Below are positions 53,467 through 64,000 of a stretch of DNA of 64,000 nucleotides, in pieces. A program made the translations under genes and the position numbers. Under the pieces are notes generated by a model, which saw only the letters and a program-made list of their open reading frames with translations, was not told where the DNA came from and ran no database searches. This DNA is from Lytechinus pictus (taxonomy: Eukaryota). The stretch lies in assembly GCF_037042905.1 (NCBI RefSeq), contig NC_087245.1:43960001-44024000 (forward strand), in the 5' to 3' direction. Each line of letters opens with the position of its first letter. Within the stretch, counting starts at the first letter, position 1.

Positions 53467-54224
53467 AGGAAAAGTCATGCACCCCAACAAAAAGCTGCTT
53501 TGAATAGTAAGAGAAAATCAGACAAGCATAACGCTGAAAATTTCATCAAAATCCGATCTAAAAGAAGAAAGTAATGACGTTTAAAATTTTTGCTTAATTT
53601 CACAAAACCGTGGTTATATGCAAATCCTTGTCGGTATGCAAATTAGGGCGATGACATCACTCATTTTTTTTTTGTATTTTATTATGTGAAATATGAAATA
53701 TTTTTATGAAAAAAAATCATTCCTCCCTGACCATGTGGGATTACATTGTTTTAACATTTTGTAGTTCAAACAAGAGGGTCCTATTTGTTAAATTCGTAAA
53801 AATTGAAATGTTGTATAATTCAAACAGTAAAAATGCAAAAGCAATAGTGAGTGAGTGACATCATCGACTCTCTAATTTTCATATCACTGAATTGTCATTA
53901 TAACTGGGGGCCGTTTCATAAAGCTGTTCACAAGTTAAGAGCGACTTAAAGAACGACTGGTGAACACTTCTTACGCGATAAACCATCGCCAATGTATATA
54001 CAATTTACCACAAGAAAGGATCTCAAATCGTTCTTAAAGTCGCTCTTAACTTACGAACAGCTTTATAAAACACCCATCTGTTTTGTGAAAAATAAGCGAA
54101 ACTTTAAAATGTTATCATAAACTATTTTACATCCGATTTTGATGTAGTTTCCAGCGTTATTCTTGTTTGATTTTTCTCTATGTTTATTCAATTAAACTCT
54201 TTTTTTCTGGGGTGGATATGACCT
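53467..54224. mobile_element. Kolobok/T2-like MITE with a nested Harbinger-like MITE (53907-54077)
   Basis: TTAA|AGG...CCT|TTAA; nested element flanked by a 3-bp CTG duplication at 53904-53906 and 54078-54080. Confidence 0.8.
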
Positions 54225-54578
54225 TTAAATCAATGATTTGAAAAAAATGATCACAGTGATTTAAATCGCGATTAAAATCAACGTGATTTAAATCAGCCAA
54301 TCCTGCTGAATGAACTGAATATGAAAACAATTAGCTTTGTCAACACATGCAATGTCGATGCCAAAGATGTGAAAGTTGCATATTGGTATGCCCGGGAGCT
54401 ATATGCCTTGATGCTTTACTCATTAGTGCAAACTGCTTACATGTACTATGCCCCATTGCTTTGAAGGATAATTATTTTGTTTCAAAATATTAATTTGTTG
54501 GATTTGAATTGTGGAAAGTAGGTAATTTTTTGTTGTTGTCTGTTAAATATGTGCTTACCAGTTATATTGGCTGTAGTG

Positions 54579-54825
54579 CACTAGCGTACCTACGGGGGGG
54601 GGGGGGGGCAATCTGCCCCCCCCCTGACGAGCTTGAAAGACCTTTATTGCCCCCCCCCCCTGACAAACTTGAAGGTCTTTTTCTTTTTTTTTGCATGTCA
54701 ATATTTTTTCTGGTACGAAAACCTTTATTTTCGATTGAGGACCTTTTCTTTCTTTTTTTTTTTGCTTGTCAAATTTTTTGGCGGGCAATTTTCCCCTCCT
54801 GTGGAAAATCCTAGGTACGCCACTG
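54579..54825. mobile_element. hAT-like MITE
   Basis: 8-bp TSD CTGTAGTG; TIR CA(C/G)T(A/G)GCGTACCTA. Confidence 0.75.
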
Positions 54826-54923
54826 CTGTAGTGTATGCTACTTCTTCTTAAAAAAAATGCATTTCATAGGCGGATCCAGGGTGGGCCCGAGGTGTCCGGT
54901 GTGATGATGAACAGTGTATATTT

Positions 54924-55067
54924 CAGGGGCCGTGGAAATGGTTTTCAAAGTAGGGGGGGGGGGGGGGGCTGATGACGCAAAAAATCACAATCATATGGTC
55001 ATTTTTACGATTATGTACACGGCTTTGAAAGTGGGGTCACCCCCCCCCCCCGCTTCCGCGGCCCCTG
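54924..55067. mobile_element. CAGGGGCC-terminal MITE
   Basis: CAGGGGCCGTGGAA / TTCCGCGGCCCCTG TIR. Confidence 0.6.
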
Positions 55068-55409
55068 TATTTCATGTGCAATGGGGATGTCTGAATCTCA
55101 TCTGTAAATGAAATATATATAATTTATCTTTATTTGATATTAGCCATAAAACAAAACATCAAAACATTCACAATAGGCTTAATGAAGAAGGAAACATTGA
55201 AGTCGAAAGAATAGAATTATAAAGAAAATGTGAAACTAAATGCTAATGGCAGGGCAAACAAAACTTAATTTATTAAGATGTAAGAAGAAGGAACGAAAAA
55301 GAAGAAAAGAGACAAAGAGAAAGAGAAAGAAAAGATAACAAGAAGGAAAGGAAGGGGAAGAAATAAAGAGGGTATAAGAAAGGAGAACAAGTCATATCTT
55401 ATGTGAGTA

Positions 55410-58400
55410 TAGTCCGGGTTATAATTGAGCAAGGTGCCACTTGGAGAAGGAGAAATTTTCATATAATGCTTCTAAACCAGTTTTTTACGCTGAATATGAA
55501 TATATGAGGTAAACAGGCTGTATCCTGAAAATTAACCTGTGAGGGCGCTTTTTTCAAAATGGCCGCCAAATTTTCATAAAATTTGAATATTCGTACATAG
55601 ATTTTGACATAAGCATCCAATTGCCATGAAGTTAGTGTCATATGAAAGCCAATTAAATTTCCTACAATTTGGTACTATTTATAGGGGATAAGTAGGTAAT
55701 TTAGCCGAGATTTTAAGTAGAAAACTGCATTTTTTGTATTTTTTCCCAAAAATTGAAAATTTTGCAAATACATGATTTTACATAATTCTAAGAAAAATAA
55801 ATCAATTACCTTGAAATGTTCCTGAAAACTTTTTTAATATATTATTATCACGTGGATGAAATTTCAACTTTGTATCATTTTTCTAAGCAAATTTGTAAGG
55901 TATCAAACTTGAATTCTTTAATATCATAAATGTTGCTTTTTGTATGCATTTCCATAGACTAAATACGTATAACATGTATAATGCATGTATGTATAATGTT
56001 TACCGGTAGTTAAAAATTAAATGCAATTATCTCCGCTTGTACCACTTGGAGAATTAAGAGTAGGCTTTTCTTTATCAGCTACATAAAAAAAAAAATGTTG
56101 GCACATCAAGGCCTGACCCTCTCATGGGGGTGGGGGTGTCGAAGTCACCCCTTTGCTATATCATGTTGTTGTATATTGCCTATTTGTTAAAAAAATAACA
56201 TATTTTTTGAGCACCCACGGAGGCAAAAACAGGCATTTCTGCTATACAGTACAGCCACTTTGATTGCTTTGAAACCACTTGGAGAGGAAAGAATAGGCTT
56301 GTTCTACCAGCTATACATCTAAAGAAGTAGCACATCGAAGCCTACCCCTCTCGGGGTGGGGGGAACTTTTGCTTAATATTGCCAATTTATTTGAAAATTT
56401 ACAATTTTGGACCCAACATTCAGGCCAAAAAGCGTTTGTGCTTTGTTGTACACCCCATTTTATTGATTTGAAACCACTTAGAGAGGAAAGAGTAGAATAG
56501 AGTAGAGTTTATCAGCTACATATATATAAGCGCTGGCACGTCGAACCCTAGCCCTCTCAGGGGCTGTCTAAGTCAACCCCCTCCCCCCGCCCTCTATATC
56601 ATGTATATTGCCTATTTTATTGGATATTTCACCATTTTGGATCACCCATTGAGGCAAAAGCGCGTTTCTACTGTATAGTACAGCCAATTTTATTTTCTTG
56701 CAATGACTTGGAGAAGAAAGAGTATTATAATAGACAGCTCTATCAGCTATAAAGAAGTGTTGGCAAATCGAAGCCTCTCCCCTTCAGAATGTTCAGCGGG
56801 CTGTAGAATTTACCTTACCAATTTTCGGTATTTGACTATCTATTAGACATTCACAATTTTGGATCACCTATTAAAGCAAAAGGGCGTTTCTACTATAGAG
56901 TACAGCAAATTCTATTTACTTGCAATGACTTGGAGAGGAAAGAGTAGGCTTTGCTCTATTAGCTCCATATAAAGAAGTGTTGGCAAATCGAAGCCTATCT
57001 CCTTCAGGCTGTAAAAGTTACCTCACTAATTTTCGGTATTTGGCTACTTGTTGAAAATTCACTATTGTTGAGCCCCAATTAAAGCAAAAAGGCGTCTCTG
57101 ATATATAGTTCTGCCACTTTTATTGCCTTTAAACCGCTTAGAGAGGAATGAATAGGCTTTGCTCTATCAGCTATAGAGATGTGTTGGCAAATAAAAGCCT
57201 ACCCCCTTCTGGGGGCTGTCAAAGTCACCCCCTCTCCCCTTTGCATTATTGCCTATTTATTGGAAAATTCACAATTTTTGAGCCCCCATTGAGGTAAAAA
57301 AGAATCTCTGATACATGTATGTAGTTCTGCCACTTTTACTGCCTTGAAAGAGTAGCTGGACAGAATATGCTTTGCTCTATCAGCTACCTATAAAGAAGTG
57401 TTGGCACATTGAAGCTTACCCATCTGGGCGGCTGTCAAACCATTCCATCCCTTTTGCATTATTGCCTAATTATTTGAAAATTCACAATTTTGAGCCCCCA
57501 TTGAGGTAGTATGCACTTCTGCTGTATAAAAAAACCCGATTTCATTTTCTTGAAACCATTTGGAGAGCAAAGAGTAGGTTCTCCTCTTTCAGCTATATAT
57601 GTCGAATTGCTGCCATATCGACGCCTGACCCACTTCAGGGACTATACATGTAGCTGTAACCCCACCTTTTTTTACGATTTTTGCCAATTCATTGAAAAAC
57701 TCGCCATTTTCGAGCCCCCATTGAGGCAAAAAGGTGTTTCTGGTATATAGTAGAGCCACTTCTTTATATAGCTGATAGAGGAAAGTCTACTCTTTCAAGG
57801 TGGTGATAGTGGCAGAACTATATATCAGAACCGCCTTTTTGTCTCAATGGGGGCACCAAAATGGTGAATTTTCAATAAATAAGCAATAATGAAAAGGGGG
57901 TGGGGTGATTTCAACAGTCCTCTGATGGGGATATGCTTTATATGTAGCTTTTAAAGCAAAGCCTTTATTCTTTTCCCTCCAAGTGGTTTCAAGGGTGAAA
58001 AAATGCAGAACTCTATATCAGAAATACCCTTTTGCCTCAATGGGGGCTCCAAAATGGTGAATTTCAAGAGGGGGGGGGGGGGGTAATTTCGACAGTCCCC
58101 TGAAGGGAGTAGGCTTTTACATGTATTTGCCAGCACATATTTGTATGTAGCTGATAGAGCAAAGCCTATTGCCATGATTGTTTCCTCTCCAAGTGGTTTC
58201 AAGGTAGTAAAAAAGGCAGAGTTGTAATCAGAAATGACTTTTTGCCTCAATGGGGGTTTCAAAACGGTGATTTTTTTTCAATAAATAGGCAATAATTCAA
58301 AAGGGATGGGGTGATTTCAACAGCCTCCCGGAGGGGGTAGGCTTTTATTTGCCAGCACTTCTTTATCTTCTTTATATGTGGCTGATAACGCAAAACCTAT

Positions 58401-61384
58401 TCTTTCCTCCCTAAGTGGTTTCAAGGCAGTAAAAGTGGAAGAACTATATATCAGAACCGCCTTTTTGCCTCAATGGGGGCTCCAAAATGGTGAATTTCAA
58501 GAGGGGGGGGGGGGGTAATTTCGACAGTCCCCTGAAGGGAGTAGGCTTGTATTTGCCAGCAAATCTTTGTCTGTGGATGATAGAGCAAAGCCTATTGCCA
58601 TGATTGTTTCCTCTCCAAGTGGTTTCAAGGTAGTAAAAAAGGCAGAGTTCTAATCAGAAATGACTTTTTGCCTCAATGGGGGTTTCAAAACGGTGATTTT
58701 TTTTTTCAATAAATATGCAATAAATATCCAAGTCATTGCAAGAAATTAAAATTGGCTGTACTATACAGTGCGTATAAAAAAAACGGGACAGATTTGAAAA
58801 GTCTATAAAAATTTTGTTTCAAATAATGATGTCTATATTTTGGTGTTAATAGATGCGCTAAGGTCTTATCTTTGAAATGCAATTAAAAAAGATAAATTTT
58901 GTTCATGCTTGAGCGAACGCAGGACGTTTTTGTTGGGGGTTCAAAAAGAGGCTTGCGCCAGAATTGCAGAATATGAATAATATGATGATCAGATGATCAG
59001 ACTTCTTGCTAATCGGGAGACTTCCTCTTGTCCTTTTCATTATCTGTGCCACAATTTTCGAATTATGCTGTCAAATTTCATTCACAAATTTATTCATTTA
59101 ATTGATATTTTGTTTTTTCATTTAAACTTCTCTTACCTTTTAATTTTCCTTCATAAGTAACTGAGAAAAGAAGATTTTTTGTCAACCCAAGCAAGAAGAT
59201 TTGAATTATTAATTGGGAAAACTTGTTATTATTCAAATCCTTTTATTATGTGAAACAAACTATGTTATTTACCTTTAAAAGACATGAACCTTTTTTTCAA
59301 GGGGTCATTAATTCCTTGACCAAGTTTATTTGCTTGACAGTAAACACAGGAAGGGATTCATGTCTTTCAATGACATGAATCCCTTGTATGTATTGAGTCA
59401 ATTTTGAAGGAGCTAGATATGGAAGATCGGGTAAAATGTATTAAAAAGTTGTGAGCGAGCGAAGTGAGCACGCAAATATTCCCACTTTTTTATTACAATA
59501 TCAAATTTTGTGATAGATTTTGACAAAATATTTAGAAAATAACACATTTTACTTTCTGTCTTTCCTTTTATTTCCTGTCCACTCTTTTTCTTGGTCATGA
59601 TTTTTTTTTTGAGGGGGGGGGGGGCATCCCGAGCACCCGCCCATCTGTGTGGCACTGTTAAAAAGGCACCATAACCTTTGTAGCACTCAATGAAAGGATT
59701 TGAATAAAAAAATCCATGCTCTCCCATAATTCGATTGAAAGAAAAATTGTTTTAGCTTCAAGAAGGAATATTCAAAGCTAACAGAGAGCATATTAAAAAG
59801 AAACAACAGAATAATTCAAGCAAATAAATAGATCTGAAAATGAATTTTGACCGCATGATTTGAAAATCATGGCAAAGATAGTGAAAAGGTTAAGAGGAAG
59901 TCTGCTAATTAGCAAGAAGTCCGATCATCATATTTATAATTTTATGCCATTTTGGTGCAAGCCTCCTTTTAAACCCCAGACAAAAACATTCCGTGTTCGC
60001 TCAAGCATGAACGAAACTAATTTTTTTTAATAGCATTTGAAAGATAAGACCTTAGAGCACCTATTAACACCAAAATATAGACATCATAATTTGAAACAAA
60101 CATTTTATAGACTTTTCAAATCTGTCCCGTTTTTTCTATACGCACTGTATAGTAGAAATGCCCTTTTGCCTTATTGGTGATTTAAAATGGTGTAATTTTC
60201 AATAAATAGGCAATATACATGATATAGAGGAGGGGGGGGGGGGTGACTTTGACAGCACCTGAGAGGGCTAGGGTTCGATGTGCGTGCGCTTATTTATGTA
60301 GCTGGTAGAACGAACTCTACTCTTTCAAATCAATAAAATGGGGTGTACTATAATGCACAAACACTTTTTTGCCTCAATGTTGGGTCAAAAATGGTGAATT
60401 TCCAAATGAATTAGCAATTAGCAAAAGGGGGAGGGGTGACCTCCATACCCCCCCCCCCTCCCCACCGAGAGAGGTAGGCTTCGATGTTCTACTTCTTTTG
60501 ATGTAGCTGGTAGAACAAAGCCTACTCTTTTCCTCTCCAAGTGGTTTTAAAGTAATTAAAGTGGCTGTACTGTATAAAAAGAATTGCCTTTTGCCTCAAT
60601 GGGTGCTTCAGAAAATAGTGATTTTCCAATAAATACAACAACATGATATGGCCACGGGGTGGGGGGGGGGGACTTCGACACCCCCACCCCATGAGAATGT
60701 GTTAGGCTTCGATGTGCCAACACTTTCTTCTATGTAGCTGATAGAGAAAAGCCTACATTAACTAGCGGAGATAATTGCATTTAAGTTTTAACTATACATT
60801 ATACATACATGTATTATACATGTTATACGTATTAGTCTATGGAAATGCATACAAAAAGCAACATTTCTGATATTGAAGAATTCAAGTTTGATACCTTATA
60901 AATTTGCTTAGAAAAATGATACAGAGTTTAAATTTCATCCATGTGATAATAATATAGTAATACAGTTTTCAGGAACATTTCAAGGTAATTAATTCATTTT
61001 TCTTAGAATTATGTAAAATCATGTATTTGCAAACTTTTCAATTTTTGGGAAAAAATACAAAAAATGCAGTTTTCTACTTTAAATCTCGGTCAAATGACCT
61101 ACTTATCCCCTATAAATAGTATAAAATTGAAGGAAATTTAATTGGCTTTCATATGACACTAACTTCATGGCAATTGGATGCTTATGTCAAAATCTATGTA
61201 CGAATATTCAAATTTTATGAAAATTTGGCGGCCATTTTGAAAAAAGCGCCCTCACGGATTAATTTTCAGGATACAGCCTGTTTACCTCATATATTCATAT
61301 TCAGCGTAAAAAACTGGTCTAGAGGCACTATATGAAAATTTCTCCTTCTCCAAGTGGCACCTTGCTCAATTATAACCCGGACTA
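55410..61384. mobile_element. Academ-like, nearly fully palindromic element, 5975 bp
   Basis: GTA|TAGTCCGGGTTATAATTGAGC...GCTCAATTATAACCCGGACTA|GTA (3-bp TSD); ~625-bp high-identity TIRs; inner arms of ~200-230-bp degenerate units that switch orientation near 57760. Confidence 0.85.
58766..60147. mobile_element. Tc1/mariner-like non-autonomous element with ~300-bp TIRs, nested in the Academ-like right arm
   Basis: TA|CAGTGCGTATA...TATACGCACTG|TA; the empty site is visible in the left arm near 56665-56690. Confidence 0.85.
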
Positions 61385-61466
61385 GTAGTACATAAGGTTA
61401 ATGTTGCACGCTAAAATTTCATATAATTTCTTATTTTGTACTTTAGAAAACGGTTTGGTTCATTAA

Positions 61467-62056
61467 AGGTCAAGTCTACCTCAGAAAAATGTTGATTTGA
61501 ATCAATAGAGAAAGATCAGACAAGCACAATGCTGAAAATTTCATCAAAATCGGATGTAAAATAAGAAAATTATGACATTTCCAAGTTTCGCTTATTTTTA
61601 ACAAAATAGTTATATGAACGAGCCAGTTACATCCAAATGAGAGAGTCGATGATGTCACTCACTCAATATTTCTTTTGTTTTTTATTGTTTGAATTACACA
61701 ATATTTCAATTTTTACGAATTTGATGATTAGGACCTCATTGCCTGAAGCATAAAATGTTAAACGTGTTCAGGGAGGAATGAAACTTCATTTCACCATGAC
61801 AATGACAAGAAAATAAAAATATTTCACATTTCATATAATAAAATACAAAAGAAATAGTGAGTGAGTGATGTCATCAGTTCCCTCATTTGCATACCGACCG
61901 AGATGTGCATATCAAACTGTTTTGTGAAATGAAGCGAAACTTTAAATGTCATAACTTTCTTATTTTACATCCGATTTTGATGAAATTTTCAGTGTTATGC
62001 TTGTTGAATTTTTCTCTTTTTATTCAAATCAAGTTTTGTTGGGGTGGACTTGTCCT
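61467..62056. mobile_element. Kolobok/T2-like MITE
   Basis: TTAA|AGGTCAAGTC...GACTTGTCCT|TTAA. Confidence 0.85.
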
Positions 62057-62129
62057 TTAATCAATCAGTTCCATTATATTGTAGAAATGATAAAGATACA
62101 CGTAGGATGATAAATAACATTAAAAAAAA

Positions 62130-62475
62130 ACAGGACATTGGAGGAAAGGAAGAAGAATGAGAGAGCAAATGAAATAAAAATGAAAATAAAATTAGAAAAA
62201 ATAAGAAAGGAGGAGGAAGGGAAAGAATGAAAGAAAGAAAGAGAGAGAGAGAGAAAGAGATAAAAATGAAAAAAAGGAAGGAAAAAATGAATGAATGAAA
62301 GAAAGAAAAAGGAAGAAAGGAAAGGAAAGAAAGGAAGATATAAAGAGAAAAAGAAGAGAGAAAAAAGAAAGAAAACAAAAGAGAAGAAAAGAGGAAAAGA
62401 AAAAAAATCAAGAAGAATGAAAATAGGAAAAAAGAAAAAAAGGAAAGAAAGGAAGAGAAAGAGAGAAAAAGACAA
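62130..62475. repeat. Purine-rich low-complexity tract
   Basis: Almost exclusively A/G; similar tracts at 18990-19290 and 14640-14820 (pyrimidine strand). Confidence 0.85.
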
Positions 62476-64000
62476 GGTTTATTCCATGTCACTTATAAAA
62501 GACCCGGGGGGGGGGGGGGGGGTGATCAGGGCATCTTCTACACATTCATATACTGTATTAGTTCCATACACGTTCCTTGCTGTAACAAAAAATGTTACAA
62601 AATATGCCCTATGCTATTATAACCATGAGCTATTACAGACTTTGGTATCATCATGGACCTATCATCCAAACCATTCCATCTCCTGACTACTCAAGTACAT
62701 TCATATATGTATCTATGCATGTATATGTATCCTATGTGTATGTAGCAAGCCCCAAAAGTGAAAGAGGAGTATACCCTATTTGTTTAAATTCCACAAGATA
62801 AGTAATGGTCAGAACAGCTGGATCCTAATCCCTCTCTTGCCCCTACTTCCACAAATCTGCTGTCAATCATGGTATCTACTGGCAACGGAGGGTTTCAGCA
62901 AGCTCCGCCTTGTGTACACGTTTCGTGTACATTGGTCAAACATGTTGTAGACCCAGATCTGCAGGCTCTAGTAGACCTAGTCTGCTATGCAGACTCCTTG
63001 AATCAGCTGTGATACACACACTGCAGATGTGGGTCTACAGTTGTAGACTAGTTGGAATGCGGGGTAAGTTGAAACATTGTAACTTTCTTTAACACCTATA
63101 AATAAATTTATGGAATTCTGCCCTCTATTTATAACCATTGGCAACAGCCATCCACTATATTACAGACAACACATCTCCAACAAGCCTAGTGAAGTTAGAA
63201 AGGAATTTTTTGTTTTCACCTTCCGAGTAATTTTTTATTTCAGAAATGTTTTATTACCTTAGTTCAGGGGTATAATAGACATTTGTACCAAGCTACAAAA
63301 TAAGGTTATTAATATGCCATGGTGAATTCCCTTTTTTGTGCTGTAAGCTTGTACATGTCACATGGGCCTCTGGGGTTAGTTGGAACAAAATTGAAAGGGC
63401 TATTTGGAACAGCAAATGTGTTGGTCTAAAATCTTTAACTGCAATATATTTTGTAATTAGTTGCCAAATTAATTACCCAATGTATTTTTGTTTCACATGC
63501 GAGGTGCATTTTATAGGGTACAGTACCACACTCTGTATGTATCTCATGTTTGACGACAATGCTCATTAGTTCTTAGCATAATTTACCTTTTCATTCATTC
63601 ATTCAGTTCTGACCTTGAATTGTTGTATGGTATAATTAACTAGTTCAAAGTACAGTTAAAGGTGTGTGTTCCTATAATCATCCCCAACTTTGCCCTTACA
63701 TGTAGGCCTACCTAATGAGTAATGAGATTTTGGCATTATACATCTGTCATGATTAGAAGTGCATGAAGTGCAGAAGTACATGAAATTGCTGATACACTTT
63801 TTTCTTGTAAAATAAAACGCACACAAATATGCAGAATTCTACTACACAGTCGCCTTGCGTAAGTGGCTGTATATCATGTGTAATAGAAAACATAAAAGTT
63901 CCACAAATCAGAGAATACACACCTTTAATATGTTTAACTTGAAAAAATAAGCAAATAAGCTGAAACCATGTTATAGTATAATTCTTAATTGACCATGCAG

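Larger units (their letters stand above)
49572..63050. mobile_element. 13.5-kb non-autonomous TAG...CTA element with a 9-bp TSD, carrying nested repeats
   Basis: GTTGGAATG at 49563-49571 and 63051-63059; both ~90-bp ends match the 182-bp element at 43579-43760. Confidence 0.85.

Noticed and set aside
55459..55641. Near-identical 60-aa ORFs here and at 61153-61335, suggesting a duplicated gene
   Set aside because: They are mirror images within TIRs and have no recognisable domain.

Overview
AT-rich, repeat-dense animal genomic DNA. The repeat landscape suggests a sea urchin or other echinoderm (inference). One protein-coding gene is supported: an FBXW2 orthologue (F-box/WD40) on the minus strand with 8 coding exons, all GT-AG and phase-compatible (1422 nt, 473 aa from the ATG at 40346), plus a probable non-coding first exon near 42 kb. 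The rest is mostly nested non-autonomous transposons: Kolobok/T2-, piggyBac-, Tc1/mariner-, hAT-, Harbinger-, Sola-, Academ- and Helentron(HINE)-like elements, TU-type foldbacks, CR1/L2 fragments and tRNA-derived SINEs. The most striking structure is a 13.5-kb segment (49572-63050) flanked by a perfect 9-bp target-site duplication (TSD). Its hairpin-rich TAG...CTA ends are nearly identical to a 182-bp mini-element 6 kb upstream, which suggests a recently moved, cargo-carrying element. It contains a ~6-kb almost fully palindromic element. A ~5.1-kb TIR-bounded unit (15065-20183) may carry a spliced plus-strand transcript. Superfamily names rest on termini and TSDs read by eye, not on database searches.
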